A stretch of 64,000 bases of DNA from Candidatus Buchananbacteria bacterium CG10_big_fil_rev_8_21_14_0_10_33_19 (GCA_002773855.1 PEZY01000012.1:68255-132254), one strand, 5' to 3'; shown: positions 46,794 to 57,617, counted from the first letter of the stretch. The notes: generated by a model not told the origin, from the letters alone. Numbers and translations are program-made.

Positions 46794-47516
46794 ATGAATA
46801 ATTTCACTGAAAAGGTTCTGGAGGTGATTAAACACGAAAAACCAGAATCAAAATGGAAATTTAAGTTAAAGAATTACGCTATCTGGCTGGCTGGTTCATT
46901 GTTTATTTTATTTGGCAGTTTGTCGACAGCGGTGGTTATTTATATGATTGCCAATAATGATTGGGCAGTTAGTAGTCAAATCGCCACAAATAAGTGGCAA
47001 TTTATTTTGTTAGCTGTACCAATTTATTGGGTAGCCACAATTATTATTTTACTTTTAGTGGCTTATTATAATTTTCGTCATACTAGTGTCGGTTATCGTT
47101 ACAAGATATTAACTATTATTATGTCTAGTATTGTAGCTAGTATAATATTTGGTGGTTTATTTTATTATCTTGGCCTAGGTCATATTATAGATAAAACATT
47201 TGCTGAAAGAATACCAATTTATGAAAGATTTGCTAGTCCCAGAAGAGCAATGTGGGTTAATCCGGACGATGGTAGGCTAGCTGGTAAAGTAATTTTTATT
47301 CGATCTTCAAATTTTGATTTAATTGATTTTTATAATAAACGTTGGCTAGTTGAACCAATAATGACAGATGAATTTTTACAAGAAGGTCAAATTATTAAAA
47401 TTATTGGTCAAAAAATTGATGATGATAGATTCAGGGCCGAAAGAATATTACCATTTGATATTCGTGGTCAATTTCCAGGTCTCTTTGGTTCCATGGGTAT
47501 GCATCGGTCATTTTAA
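46794..47516 (+). CDS. Membrane protein co-transcribed with the ECF sigma factor (possible anti-sigma factor)
   Basis: Start 2 nt after the sigma gene stop; 4-5 TM helices. Anti-sigma role is inferred from position only. Confidence 0.35.
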   Translation: MNNFTEKVLEVIKHEKPESKWKFKLKNYAIWLAGSLFILFGSLSTAVVIYMIANNDWAVSSQIATNKWQFILLAVPIYWVATIIILLLVAYYNFRHTSVGYRYKILTIIMSSIVASIIFGGLFYYLGLGHIIDKTFAERIPIYERFASPRRAMWVNPDDGRLAGKVIFIRSSNFDLIDFYNKRWLVEPIMTDEFLQEGQIIKIIGQKIDDDRFRAERILPFDIRGQFPGLFGSMGMHRSF

Positions 47517-47595
47517 ATATTTGCAATAAAAATTACCGTAGGGCGTAGTAATAAGTAAGGGAGCCCCTAGATAATAAATAACTTTAAAAAACAAT

Positions 47596-48042
47596 ATGGA
47601 TTATAAAAAACTTGGAGCTGGGTTGGCAGTATTTGCAGTAGTAGCTCTGGCCGGTAATATGCTAGTCAATGCGGCTGGACCAGAAAATAGTGGTGCTACT
47701 AGAAACTTCGGTAATGGTAGTGGTAACAAGGGAAATAATGAACAACATCGTTTGGATGTAGACACAGCTATAGAGAGTGGTGATTATCAAACTTTTAAAT
47801 CATTGGTTGGCGATAATGGTCCAATGTTTAAAGCGATAACCGAAGAAAATTTCAATCAATTTGTGGAAATGCATAATTTAATGAAATCAGGTGACCTAGA
47901 TGGCGCTAAAGTAATTAGTCAGGAACTGGGCTTAGGCGTTGGCCGTGGTATGTTTGGCGAGAGAGGCATGCATAACGGCAATGGACCAGGTTTCGTGGAT
48001 AGTAATGGCGATGGTTTATGCGATAATCTAGATCAAAAATAA
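47596..48042 (+). CDS. Hypothetical secreted Gly/Asn-rich protein
   Basis: Signal peptide; low-complexity Gly-rich regions; C-terminal DSNGDGLCDNLD Ca-binding-like motif. Confidence 0.4.
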   Translation: MDYKKLGAGLAVFAVVALAGNMLVNAAGPENSGATRNFGNGSGNKGNNEQHRLDVDTAIESGDYQTFKSLVGDNGPMFKAITEENFNQFVEMHNLMKSGDLDGAKVISQELGLGVGRGMFGERGMHNGNGPGFVDSNGDGLCDNLDQK

Positions 48043-48055
48043 AATTAGTAACGCA

Positions 48056-48082
48056 AAAAACAGCTAAGTGGCTGTTTTTTGT
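48056..48082 (+). terminator. Rho-independent terminator
   Basis: acagc-taagtg-gctgt followed by TTTTTT. Confidence 0.6.
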
Positions 48083-48241
48083 TTTCTGTTTGTAGCTTGA
48101 CATATTAAATTTGATGTTAATCTGTCAAAAGTCTTAAAAATGATAAATTTGCGTTTTCCCTTGTTTTTCCTATTATATTGGTATATAATCTAAACATGTG
48201 GAAAACTAATTCCATAATTATTAACTAACTAATAGAGTACT

Positions 48242-48523
48242 ATGGCTAAGATGACCAAATCTCAAATATTGGCTACTTTGGCAGAAAAGACCAATATCAG
48301 TAAGAAAGACGTTACCATGTTAATGGATACCCTTACTGAAATGGCTTATTCAGAAGTTAAGGGCAGTGGTGAGTTTACCATTCCAGGTATTGGAAAATTG
48401 GTAAAAGTTGACAGAAAAGCAAGAATGGGTCGAAACCCAGCTACTGGTGAAGAAATTAAAATTCCTGCTAAAACTGTTGTTAAATTTAGAGTTGCTAAAG
48501 CAGCTAAAGACGCATTATTATAA
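48242..48523 (+). CDS. hup: DNA-binding protein HU/IHF family
   Basis: Canonical HU sequence (GFGKF-equivalent GIGKLVKVDRKARMGRNPATGEEIKIPA). Confidence 0.9.
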   Translation: MAKMTKSQILATLAEKTNISKKDVTMLMDTLTEMAYSEVKGSGEFTIPGIGKLVKVDRKARMGRNPATGEEIKIPAKTVVKFRVAKAAKDALL

Positions 48524-48545
48524 TTCGTCATTAGTTAACTCAAAG

Positions 48546-48575
48546 ATCCTCCAAAGTTTATTTGGAGGATTTTTT
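48546..48575 (+). terminator. Rho-independent terminator after hup
   Basis: atcctccaaa-gttta-tttggaggat followed by TTTTT. Confidence 0.7.
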
Positions 48576-48613
48576 GTGTTATAATATATTAGTAAATATA
48601 AAACTAAATTCTC

Positions 48614-49963
48614 ATGCCGATTAAAAAAATAAAAAACATGCCAAATAAGGCATGGGTGGTTACTGTAGATATGGGCTATGGTCATCAAAGAGCTGCTCAC
48701 CCATTAAGCGATATAGCTGAAGATGGCATTATTACGGCTAATAATTATAAAGGTATCCCAAAAAAAGATAAAGACATTTGGGTTAATAGTAAGGGCATTT
48801 ATGAATTTATTTCTCGGTTTAAAAAAGTACCATTTTTAGGAGATAAGATTTTTGAAATTTACGATAAATTTCAGGCTATTCCAAAATTTTATCCTAAACG
48901 AGATTTATCAAAACCTAATATTCAATTAAAACAGATATACCGTTTGTTTGAAGAGTCTTGTTGGGGACAAGATTTAATTACTAGATTATCTGAAAAACCT
49001 TTACCACTAGTGACAACTTTTTTTGTGACGGCTTTTATGGCTGAACATTATGGCTATCCAGGGGAGATTTATTGTGTGGCCACTGACACTGATGTCAGTC
49101 GAACTTGGGTGCCACTAGACCCTAAAAATAGTCGAATTAATTATTTCGCGCCTAATCGACGGGTGGTGGATAGGTTAAAACTTTACGGCGTAAAAGAGGA
49201 TAAAATATTTTTAACGGGTTTTCCATTGCCGACAGAGAATGTTGGTAAGAATTTAGAAATTGTTAAAAAAGATTTAGGACAACGCTTGATTAATCTAGAT
49301 CCAGATAAATTTTATATTTCTCAATATGAAAAAACCCTGCGTCATCATTTAGGCGCTAAACTAATTAAAAAATCGGTTAGACCGCTGACTATTACTTTTG
49401 CCGTTGGTGGAGCTGGCGCTCAAAGAGAATTAGGGGCGACAATTATGAAAAGTTTAAAAAAGAAAATTATCAGTGGCGAAATTATTCTTAATTTAGTGGC
49501 CGGCACTCATTTAGTGGTAAATCAATATTTTAAGGATCAAGTGAAGGAATTAGAGTTGAGTTTATACTTAAATAAAGGAGTTAATGTTTTATTTGATCGA
49601 AATAAATATAAATTCTTTAGTCGCTTTAATAAAATTTTAAGAAAAACTGATATTTTGTGGACTAAACCTAGTGAGCTATCTTTTTACTGTGCTTTAGGTA
49701 TTCCTATTATTACAGCTCCGCCGATTGGTTCTCAAGAAGTTTTTAATCAGAGATGGTTAAGAACAATTGGTGGTGGTATTAAAGAAGAAGAACCACAATA
49801 TGTTAATGAATGGTTATCTGATTGGCTGGAGTCTGGTTGGTTGGCAGAGGCCGCTATGCAAGGGTTCTTGGAAGCACCAAAATTTGGCACTCATAATATA
49901 GAGAAGATTATTTTCCATCAATATGATAAGACTAAAAAAGTAGAAACTGTATTGCAGTATTAA
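48614..49963 (+). CDS. Glycosyltransferase, MGDG-synthase/UgtP-like (GT28 family)
   Basis: N-terminal DMGYGHQRAAHPL resembles the MGDG-synthase GxGHxxAA motif; GT-B C-terminal half. Confidence 0.5.
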   Translation: MPIKKIKNMPNKAWVVTVDMGYGHQRAAHPLSDIAEDGIITANNYKGIPKKDKDIWVNSKGIYEFISRFKKVPFLGDKIFEIYDKFQAIPKFYPKRDLSKPNIQLKQIYRLFEESCWGQDLITRLSEKPLPLVTTFFVTAFMAEHYGYPGEIYCVATDTDVSRTWVPLDPKNSRINYFAPNRRVVDRLKLYGVKEDKIFLTGFPLPTENVGKNLEIVKKDLGQRLINLDPDKFYISQYEKTLRHHLGAKLIKKSVRPLTITFAVGGAGAQRELGATIMKSLKKKIISGEIILNLVAGTHLVVNQYFKDQVKELELSLYLNKGVNVLFDRNKYKFFSRFNKILRKTDILWTKPSELSFYCALGIPIITAPPIGSQEVFNQRWLRTIGGGIKEEEPQYVNEWLSDWLESGWLAEAAMQGFLEAPKFGTHNIEKIIFHQYDKTKKVETVLQY

Positions 49964-49980
49964 ATTGGTAATTTATTGAA

Positions 49981-50010
49981 AATAGCCCGCCAAAAGTGGG
50001 CTATTTATTT
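49981..50010 (+). terminator. Rho-independent terminator
   Basis: aatagccc-gccaaaagt-gggctatt followed by a T-rich tract. Confidence 0.55.
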
Positions 50011-50032
50011 TAATTTAATATTTTCATATTAC

Positions 50033-50060
50033 TTGACATCTAAGATATTTATAGTATAAT
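50033..50060 (+). promoter_or_regulatory. Near-consensus sigma70 promoter upstream of the iscR-like/suf operon
   Basis: TTGACA, 16-nt spacer, TATAAT. Confidence 0.5.
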
Positions 50061-50088
50061 TAAAATACTAGTAAATAAGTAGGATATT

Positions 50089-50514
50089 ATGTCATTTTTT
50101 GGTACAATATCCTCTAAAAAGCATAATAGTTTGAGATTAATTATTCAATTAGCTCAGAGTTATACCGACAAAAAACCAGTTTCTTTGTCGGAAATTAGTT
50201 CAGAAGAGGGTATTTCTATTAAATATTTAGAACAATTAATCATGCCCTTTAAAAGGGCTGATATTATTAAAAGTCAACGCGGTCGTAGCGGTGGCTATAT
50301 TATGATTAAGGATCCTAAAAAAATATCGCTCAAGGAAATAATTTGGCTGATAAATGATAGTCCAAGTTTAGCAATTTGCTTAGATAAGGATTACGACAAA
50401 TCGTGCAATTATGATCATAATTGCATCTCCAAAAATATTTGGGGAAAAATTCAAAAATCAATGGAAGGCTTTTTGGATAAAATATATTTATCTGAAATAT
50501 TGGAAAATAAATAA
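50089..50514 (+). CDS. Rrf2-family transcriptional regulator, IscR-like with Fe-S cysteine triad
   Basis: Rrf2 winged HTH; C-x8-C-x5-C (CLDKDYDKSCNYDHNC); heads the suf operon. Confidence 0.75.
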   Translation: MSFFGTISSKKHNSLRLIIQLAQSYTDKKPVSLSEISSEEGISIKYLEQLIMPFKRADIIKSQRGRSGGYIMIKDPKKISLKEIIWLINDSPSLAICLDKDYDKSCNYDHNCISKNIWGKIQKSMEGFLDKIYLSEILENK

Positions 50515-50591
50515 TTTAAGTAAGTGGCTGGTAATAAGTAGAAATTTTAAAAAATAATTCTACAATCTACAACCTATAACCTAATAAAAGT
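50515..50591 (+). repeat. Bipartite intergenic element, instance f (outside the ribosomal cluster)
   Basis: taatttaagtaagtggctggtaataagtag aaattttaaaaaataatt ctacaatctacaacctataacctaataaaagtATG. Confidence 0.5.
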
Positions 50592-51338
50592 ATGGCTAAA
50601 ACAGTATCTAATGAAATGTCAGTTGAAAATCTTTTCGCCAGTATTGGCGACAAGCAAATTTTAAAAGGCATTGATCTAAAAATTAAACCGGGTAAAATAA
50701 TTGCTTTGATGGGACCAAATGGTTCTGGTAAATCCACTTTATCCCAGATAATTACCGGTCACCCCAATTATCAGGTTGATAAGGGTAAAGTGGTGTGGCA
50801 AGGAAAAAATATTTTAAAACTTGATCCAGATGTTCGGGCTAAAATGGGCTTATTTTTATCTTTCCAGTATCCTAACGAATTGCCTGGGGTCAATATGTAT
50901 GATTTCCTTTCAACTTGTTTTCAAAGTATTTATGGTGACAAAAAACATAAAAAAGATTTTGATAAAATATTAAATGAATCGCTAAAGTCATTAAAATTAT
51001 CTAGTAATTTTTTAGATCGCTCAGTTAATGAAGGTTTCTCTGGTGGTGAAAAGAAAAAATCTGAAATATTACAGATGAAAGTTTTGGCTCCTAAAATTGC
51101 GATTTTAGATGAAACTGATTCTGGTTTGGATATTGATGCACTAAAATTAATTGCTAAAAATATTTCTGATTTAAAATCACCAAAGATTGGCTTTTTAGTG
51201 ATTACTCATTATAAACGTTTACTTAAATATATTAAGCCTGATGAAGTGCATATTATGTTAGATGGTAAAATTGTTAAATCTGGTAAATATGATCTAGTTG
51301 ATAAACTAGAAAAACAAGGTTACGGTTGGCTTAAATAA
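50592..51338 (+). CDS. sufC: Fe-S cluster assembly ATPase SufC
   Basis: Walker A GPNGSGKST, signature FSGGEKKK, Walker B ILDETDSG. Confidence 0.9.
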   Translation: MAKTVSNEMSVENLFASIGDKQILKGIDLKIKPGKIIALMGPNGSGKSTLSQIITGHPNYQVDKGKVVWQGKNILKLDPDVRAKMGLFLSFQYPNELPGVNMYDFLSTCFQSIYGDKKHKKDFDKILNESLKSLKLSSNFLDRSVNEGFSGGEKKKSEILQMKVLAPKIAILDETDSGLDIDALKLIAKNISDLKSPKIGFLVITHYKRLLKYIKPDEVHIMLDGKIVKSGKYDLVDKLEKQGYGWLK

Positions 51339-51353
51339 TAAACCTTTTTATCT

Positions 51354-52748
51354 ATGACTCAAAATATTAAAATAGATCATAAAAAATACGATTTTAGAGA
51401 TGATATTGATTATATTTTTAAGGCCGAAAAAGGTTTATCTCAAAAACTCTTAAAAGAAATATCTGACAAGAAGGATGAGCCAAAATGGATGTTGGACTAT
51501 CGGACTAAAGCTTTAAAATCTTTTGTAGAAAAGCCGTTGCCTGCTTGGGGTGCTGATTTAACTAAGATAGATTTTACCAATATTAGTTATTATCTTAAAC
51601 CTAGTGAAAAAAGTTCGACGAAGTGGAAAGATGTACCCAAAAAAATTAAAAAAACTTTTGATCGCTTAGGCATCCCTCAAGCGGAGCGAAAATTTTTAGC
51701 TGGTGTGGGAGCTCAATATGAATCAGAAGTTATTTATCATAGTCTAAAAAAGCAGTGGACTGATTTGGGTGTAGTTTTTTGTGATATGTCCGAGGCGCCA
51801 AAACTTTACCCAGATTTGGTTAAAAAATATTTTGGTAGTGCTATTTCTTATAATGATAATAAATTTTCGGCACTAAATAGTGCTATGTGGTCTGGCGGGT
51901 CTTTTATTTATGTGCCAAAAGGCGTGACTGTGGATATGCCACTGCAAGCCTATTTTAGAATTAATGCACCATCAATGGGCCAGTTTGAAAGAACTTTAAT
52001 TATTGTCGATGAAGATGCTTCCATGCATTATATCGAAGGTTGCACCGCTCCCGTTTATTCCAAGGATTCGCTACATGCGGCAGTAGTTGAGGTGATTGCT
52101 TTGCCAAGATCAAAAGTACGTTATACTACTATTCAAAATTGGTCGTCCAATGTTTATAATTTGGTGACCAAACGAGCCGTCGCTTATGAAGGGGCGTTGG
52201 TAGAATGGGTAGATGGTAATTTAGGCTCAAAGACGACTATGAAATACCCATCAGTGGTTTTGCGTGGTGAAGGTGCGAAGGCGGATATTTTATCGATTGC
52301 TTTTGCTGGTCGTAATCAACATCAGGATACCGGTGCTAAAGTTATTCATTTGGCTAGTAACACCTCATCTAAAATTGTTTCCAAATCAATCTCCAAAGAT
52401 GGTGGCTGTGCTTCTTATCGTGGTTTGGTATCGGTGGCTAAAAACGCTAATAATTGTCAGATCAAAGTTAACTGTGATGCCTTGTTGTTGGATCAAAAAT
52501 CTCGATCAGATACTTATCCAACTATGAATATCGGTAATAAACATTCTGTTATTGAACATGAAGCTAGTGTATCAAAGGTGAGTGAAGATCAATTATTCTA
52601 TTTAATGTCTCGTGGCCTGTCCAGAGAAGAAGCTGAAAGAATGATTGTGGCTGGCTTTTTGGAAGTATTTGCCAAGGAATTACCACTGGAATATGCGGTT
52701 GAATTAAATCGCCTGATTAAAATGGAGATGGAAGGCAGTGTTGGTTAA
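51354..52748 (+). CDS. sufB: Fe-S cluster assembly protein SufB
   Basis: 464 aa; SufB/SufD beta-helix family; first of two such paralogs. Confidence 0.85.
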   Translation: MTQNIKIDHKKYDFRDDIDYIFKAEKGLSQKLLKEISDKKDEPKWMLDYRTKALKSFVEKPLPAWGADLTKIDFTNISYYLKPSEKSSTKWKDVPKKIKKTFDRLGIPQAERKFLAGVGAQYESEVIYHSLKKQWTDLGVVFCDMSEAPKLYPDLVKKYFGSAISYNDNKFSALNSAMWSGGSFIYVPKGVTVDMPLQAYFRINAPSMGQFERTLIIVDEDASMHYIEGCTAPVYSKDSLHAAVVEVIALPRSKVRYTTIQNWSSNVYNLVTKRAVAYEGALVEWVDGNLGSKTTMKYPSVVLRGEGAKADILSIAFAGRNQHQDTGAKVIHLASNTSSKIVSKSISKDGGCASYRGLVSVAKNANNCQIKVNCDALLLDQKSRSDTYPTMNIGNKHSVIEHEASVSKVSEDQLFYLMSRGLSREEAERMIVAGFLEVFAKELPLEYAVELNRLIKMEMEGSVG

Positions 52749-52763
52749 ATAAATATATTTACT

Positions 52764-53858
52764 ATGACAAATAAATTTAAAGACATCTTAAGTGAAATTA
52801 CTGCCTTAGAAAAAGCTACGCCTTTTAATAAAGAAACTATTGGCTGGTCTTGGGCAGAATTAATTAATGCCAAAAATGACTTAAAGAGTATCAGGCTAGC
52901 GGATTTTATAGCCGGTCTTACTGATTATGATTATTTAAAATACCAAGGCGTTGACATTAGGTTGGCTACCGACAACGATTATCAAAAAATTAATAAAGTT
53001 TTGGCTATAATTTATCCAATACTTAGTAAGATTGAATTGATTCAATTACTAGCTTCCAAATCAGACATTGTGATCAATATACCAGATGGTTCTAAAATAG
53101 ATATTTCATACCAAAATCCTATTTTTAATTTTTGGGGTAATGTTTATTTTTTGATTGGTAAGAATTCACAAGTGACAATTACCGATCAACATTTACCGGT
53201 TAAAGATTTTAGTTCAGGCTCGGTTTATTTAATATCTGGTGATAATTCGACAGTTGAATATTTATCAGTAGCTGGTAAAAATTCATATAATTTTAATTTA
53301 CATTCTTATCCTGGAAAATTTTCTAAACATAATGTTTATGCTATAGGCAAAATGACAGAAAAATATTATTATTATAATATGACTTCATACTTGAAGAATG
53401 ATCATTCTGAAAATTATATTTTAGCTTCTTTGAATTTTTTAAATAATTCTAAGTCACTAATTAGATTGCATAATAATCACATTGGTAAAAAAACTACTGG
53501 TGATATTAAATTCAAAGGCATCGGTTGGGACAAATCACAATCTAAAGTAGACGGGATGATTGAAATTGGTAAACGAGCTTATGACACAAATTCGTATTTA
53601 AAAGAAGATATTATTTTAGCTTCTGAAGATAGCTATATTAAAGCTGAGCCTAATTTAGAAATTTTAAACAACGATGTCAAGGCTTCACATGGAGCGACTA
53701 TTGGTTATATGGATCAAAACGCTTTATTTTATTTAATGTCTAGAGGTTTGTCTAAGGTTAAAGCAGAAAAGTTAATCGCTGACGGCTTTTTAAAAAGTTT
53801 GTCTCTTAATGTTATTACTAAAAGTTTAAAAAATACTTTTGAAGATTATTGGTTATAA
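52764..53858 (+). CDS. sufD: Fe-S cluster assembly protein SufD
   Basis: SufB/D-family C-terminal region ([10 protein letters not shown] motif shared with SufB). Confidence 0.75.
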   Translation: MTNKFKDILSEITALEKATPFNKETIGWSWAELINAKNDLKSIRLADFIAGLTDYDYLKYQGVDIRLATDNDYQKINKVLAIIYPILSKIELIQLLASKSDIVINIPDGSKIDISYQNPIFNFWGNVYFLIGKNSQVTITDQHLPVKDFSSGSVYLISGDNSTVEYLSVAGKNSYNFNLHSYPGKFSKHNVYAIGKMTEKYYYYNMTSYLKNDHSENYILASLNFLNNSKSLIRLHNNHIGKKTTGDIKFKGIGWDKSQSKVDGMIEIGKRAYDTNSYLKEDIILASEDSYIKAEPNLEILNNDVKASHGATIGYMDQNALFYLMSRGLSKVKAEKLIADGFLKSLSLNVITKSLKNTFEDYWL

Positions 53859-53861
53859 ATT

Positions 53862-55070
53862 ATGAAAAATTTAGTGAGCAAAAACAATTTCCCGATTTTT
53901 TCGGGTCGTTATAAAAAAATGGTTTATTTAGATAGTGCGGCCACTAGTCAAAAACCCCAAGTAGTGATTAAAGCGGAAACTGATTGGTACACTAAATATA
54001 ATGCCAATATTCATCGGGGGGCTTATAAATTAGCCGAAGAAGCGACCGAATTATTTGAAACCACACGTCAAAGAGTGGCTAGTTTTATTGGTGCTAAAAA
54101 TTATAAATCCATTGTTTTTACTAAAGGCACCACTGAAGGTATAAATTTAGTAGTCTCAGCTTTTGCTCGTCATAATTTAAAATCTGGTGATACTATTTTG
54201 TTAACAGAAATGGAGCACCATGCCAATATTGTACCTTGGCAACTCTTAGCTCAAGAAATTGGTTTGAAAATTAAATATTGGCCAGTGACAATTACTGGCG
54301 AATTGGATATGGCTAATTTAGATGAATTATTGACTGGGGTAAAATTTTTATCACTAGTGCATATTTCTAATGTTTTAGGAACTGTTAATCCGGTGGAAAA
54401 AATTATTACTCAAGTCAAGAAAAAAAATGTTTTTGTTTTGGTGGATGCGGCTCAAAGTGTTGGGCATTTGCCGGTTAATGTGTCTAAAATTAAGCCTGAT
54501 TTTTTGGTTTTTTCCTCTCATAAAATGCTGGGACCAACTGGGTTGGGAGTTTTGTATGTTAACCCAGAACTATTTGCTGATATGCGACCCTATCAGGCGG
54601 GTGGGGAAATGATTGCTGAAGTGGGTTTTGAATTTACCACTTTTAAAAAAATGCCTTGGTTACTGGAGGCCGGCACTCAACCCCTAGCTCAGGTCTATGC
54701 TTTGGGAGCGACAATTGATTATATTAATACATTAGGCCTAAAAAATATTTATTTACATTCTAAGTCTTTGACTGCTTATGCCTATGAAGAGCTATCAAAA
54801 ATTAATGGTTTAAAAATTTATGGTCCCAATGCTAATAAGCGCTTAGGTTTGATTAGCTTTTCTATAGGTAAATTACATGCTCATGATTTGGCGACATTAC
54901 TAGATCGTCAAAATATTTTTATTCGGGCTGGTCATCATTGTGCGATGCCACTGCACACCAAATTAAAAGTAGCGGCGACAGCTAGAATTAGTTTTGGTGT
55001 TTATAACACTAAAGCGGATATTGATAGTGTAGTATCTGCCCTTAAATCTATCTTAAAGACATGGAATTAA
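53862..55070 (+). CDS. sufS: Cysteine desulfurase SufS (class II aminotransferase V)
   Basis: PLP-Lys region SSHKMLGPTGLGVLY; active-site Cys loop RAGHHCA. Confidence 0.9.
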   Translation: MKNLVSKNNFPIFSGRYKKMVYLDSAATSQKPQVVIKAETDWYTKYNANIHRGAYKLAEEATELFETTRQRVASFIGAKNYKSIVFTKGTTEGINLVVSAFARHNLKSGDTILLTEMEHHANIVPWQLLAQEIGLKIKYWPVTITGELDMANLDELLTGVKFLSLVHISNVLGTVNPVEKIITQVKKKNVFVLVDAAQSVGHLPVNVSKIKPDFLVFSSHKMLGPTGLGVLYVNPELFADMRPYQAGGEMIAEVGFEFTTFKKMPWLLEAGTQPLAQVYALGATIDYINTLGLKNIYLHSKSLTAYAYEELSKINGLKIYGPNANKRLGLISFSIGKLHAHDLATLLDRQNIFIRAGHHCAMPLHTKLKVAATARISFGVYNTKADIDSVVSALKSILKTWN

Positions 55071-55432
55071 CTTATAAAAAAACAATTTTACGGCATTATA
55101 ATAATCCGTCAAACAAAATTGATATAAAGACACCAACAGAAGTTTTTGTGGGGGCTAATCCTTTTTGTGGTGATAAAATTGAAATAAAAGTTAAATTAGA
55201 CGCCAAGAAAAAAATTACCGATATTTCTTGGTCAGGTAATGGCTGTGTAATTTCTCAGGCTTCAGCCTCGATTTTTACAGATATGATTCGTGGCAAAACC
55301 TTAGCTCAGGCACAAAAAATGACCAGTGATAAATTGCTTCAAGAGTTAAACATTGAATTGTCACCATCTCGCAGAAAATGTGCACTTTTGCCGCTTTATA
55401 CAATTAAAGAAATTACTGATGAAGAGGATTAA
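55061..55432 (+). CDS. sufU: SUF-system Fe-S scaffold, SufU/NifU-like N-terminal domain
   Basis: GANPFCGDKIEI...WSGNGCVISQASASIFTD...CALLPL, three conserved Cys. Confidence 0.8.
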   Translation: MELTYKKTILRHYNNPSNKIDIKTPTEVFVGANPFCGDKIEIKVKLDAKKKITDISWSGNGCVISQASASIFTDMIRGKTLAQAQKMTSDKLLQELNIELSPSRRKCALLPLYTIKEITDEED

Positions 55433-55883
55433 AGAAGTGTATATAATTTGTGATCATATTCGGAGCCTCTATAATGTAGGTTCTATTTTTCGTACGGCTG
55501 ATGCTATGGGTGTGACTAAAATATATTTATGTGGTATTACCGGTACACCACTGCAATCCGGTTTACAAAAGGTATCATTAGGAGCGGAAAATTTTGTGGC
55601 TTGGGAATATAAAAAAAGTGCCAGTTTACTGATAAATTCTTTAAAGAAACAGGGGGTAAAAATTGTCGCTTTAGAGCTTTTAGCTGGTCAAAGTATTGAT
55701 CTTAAAAAATTTAAACCACAATTTCCACTAGCTTTAATTGTTGGTAATGAAGTGGAAGGGGTGTCTAAAAATTTATTAAAAAAGGCTGATGATATAGTGC
55801 ATATTCCAATGTCTGGCCAAAAAGAGTCTTTAAATGTAGCTGTGGCTTTTGGTATTGCTGGTTATTCTATTATGTCTAGCTAA
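55419..55883 (+). CDS. SpoU/TrmH-family RNA 2'-O-methyltransferase (TrmL-sized)
   Basis: Start ATG 55419 overlapping the sufU stop; SPOUT motifs (IALIVGNEVEGVS; HIPMSGQKESLNVAVAFGIAGY). Confidence 0.75.
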   Translation: MKRIKEVYIICDHIRSLYNVGSIFRTADAMGVTKIYLCGITGTPLQSGLQKVSLGAENFVAWEYKKSASLLINSLKKQGVKIVALELLAGQSIDLKKFKPQFPLALIVGNEVEGVSKNLLKKADDIVHIPMSGQKESLNVAVAFGIAGYSIMSS

Positions 55884-55969
55884 AAATTAGTATATTGTTT
55901 AATTTGGTTGACTAAAAGAGCTAAAAAAGTTACTATGTTAATTAGTGTTTTTATCTCTAAATTAACCAC

Positions 55970-56653
55970 ATGGAACAAATAAAACATATAGCTTTTATCA
56001 TGGATGGCAATCGTCGTTGGGCTAAAGATCAAGGCCTGCCCTCTTTAGAGGGGCATAAAGCTGGTTATGATAAAATGAAAGATGTCGGTGATTGGTGTAT
56101 TGATCGTGGCATTAAACATATTACGGTTTACGCTTTTTCCACCGAAAATTGGAAGAGAAGTCAGACGGAAGTTGATTATTTAATGAGACTATTAGAAAAT
56201 GCTTTAACCAAAGAACTATATGAGTTCAATAAACGAGGTATTAGATTAAAGGTGATTGGTAGTCGTGATAGATTGCCTAAATCAGTGGTCAAAGCCATTG
56301 ATAATGCCGAAGCTGAAACTGCTAATAATAACAAAGGAATTTTAAACATGGCGATTAATTATGGTGGTAGGTTAGAAATTGTGGAAGCCGTTAAAAAAAT
56401 TATTGATCAAAAAAAATCTTCAATTGAAGTAACTGAAGATTTGGTGTCTAATAATATTTGGACAGTTGGTCAGCCGGATCCGGATATTCTAGTGCGAACT
56501 TCTGGTGAACAGCGATTGTCTAATTTTTTAACTTGGCAAGTGGTTTATAGTGAGTTATTTTTTATTGAACCGCATTGGCCAGCTTTTAGTGAAGAGGATT
56601 TAGATAAAATTATAGAGGATTATCATAATCGGAATAGACGGTTTGGTAAATAA
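55970..56653 (+). CDS. uppS: Undecaprenyl diphosphate synthase
   Basis: IAFIMDGNRRWAK and FSTENWKR motifs. Confidence 0.9.
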   Translation: MEQIKHIAFIMDGNRRWAKDQGLPSLEGHKAGYDKMKDVGDWCIDRGIKHITVYAFSTENWKRSQTEVDYLMRLLENALTKELYEFNKRGIRLKVIGSRDRLPKSVVKAIDNAEAETANNNKGILNMAINYGGRLEIVEAVKKIIDQKKSSIEVTEDLVSNNIWTVGQPDPDILVRTSGEQRLSNFLTWQVVYSELFFIEPHWPAFSEEDLDKIIEDYHNRNRRFGK

Positions 56654-56658
56654 AATAA

Positions 56659-56681
56659 AAGGCGCGAAAGCGCTTTTTTTT
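56659..56681 (+). terminator. Rho-independent terminator after uppS
   Basis: ggcgc-gaaa-gcgc followed by TTTTTTTT. Confidence 0.6.
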
Positions 56682-56721
56682 ATTTTATTATATTTAGTTA
56701 TTGCCATGGGATTCCTTTGAT

Positions 56722-57177
56722 TGTCATTTCGACCGTAGCGAAGCGTAGTGAAGGAATTCTTTTTATTCTAAGTCATATTGGTACTTTTTTAGAAAAAGTA
56801 CCACAAAAATCGCGACAGTAAAAAATTTATAGTCGAAGATAAAACTTCGCTCCGCTAATTTTCAAAACTCAAAACTTTTTTATTTATAATAGTCGAAAGT
56901 TTTTCAAACATTGAAAATTTTGGGCATAGACAATGCCCAAACGCTAGAGCTCTCGTTTTATCTTCTTTTTAAATTTTTTAATTGTCGCAGTCTTATTAAG
57001 ATATTTATAATAATAAAATGCAAACATTAAAAAATATTGTGTCAATTTTATATAAAGCGAGCGCTAGAGACAATTATTCTGTCGCTATTTTGATTAATTG
57101 GCTCTAGTGAGTGTGTATAAAATTGGCCATGATTTTTTACGTTTGCGAGCTTTTGGTTACTTTTGGCGGTACAAAAG
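56722..57177. repeat. Copy 2 of the structured intergenic repeat (core about 56775..57005), directly abutting GC-rich island 1
   Basis: Core near-identical to copy 1. Three hairpins carry compensatory substitutions between the copies (gggcGt..aCgccc vs gggcAt..aTgccc; Gaaact..agtttC vs Aaaact..agtttT). Confidence 0.6.
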
Positions 57178-57195
57178 TAATAGAAGACTATTTTA

Positions 57196-57240
57196 AAATA
57201 AAAAAAGAAGCCGTCCGATCGCATGGTGCGATTGGACGGC
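57196..57240 (-). terminator. Rho-independent terminator of the minus-strand island operon
   Basis: 14-bp stem gccgtccgatcgca-tgg-tgcgattggacggc; on the minus strand it is followed by TTCTTTTTTTATTTT. Confidence 0.6.
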
Positions 57241-57251
57241 TTGGTTGGTGG

Positions 57252-57617
57252 TTAGAAGGTGTGGCAGCACTTGTAACAGTACCACTCACAACCCTCACCT
57301 CCTAGACTGGAGGAGGCGACACGACCAAGTGATCCACAATTGGGACACTCGGGCGTTTCGGTATCTTCCCAGGCCTTATCGCAGACTTGGGAGATAGCGG
57401 CTTCAACTTTGGCTTCGACATCGGCCAGAGGAGTCTCGCGAATCCACTGGGCAACATAGCCTCTGGTGATGTCGAAACTGAGTGTTTCGCTACCAAAGGA
57501 ATTCCGAACTTCTTGTGGCCAGTAGGGAATCTGGAGATTGAAGGCGAGGAACTGGTAGAGCTCGTATTGCCTGTCATTCAACCCATCGGGCCGTTGGTCG
57601 CGACTGAGACTTTTCAT
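57252..57617 (-). CDS. Hypothetical 121-aa protein with Gly-Gly followed by a Cys-rich C-terminal tail (GC-rich island 1, gene 3)
   Basis: ATG overlaps the upstream stop (ATGA). C-terminus CPNCGSLGRVASSSLGGEGCEWYCYKCCHTF. Foreign-looking GC content. Confidence 0.5.
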   Translation of the reverse strand: MKSLSRDQRPDGLNDRQYELYQFLAFNLQIPYWPQEVRNSFGSETLSFDITRGYVAQWIRETPLADVEAKVEAAISQVCDKAWEDTETPECPNCGSLGRVASSSLGGEGCEWYCYKCCHTF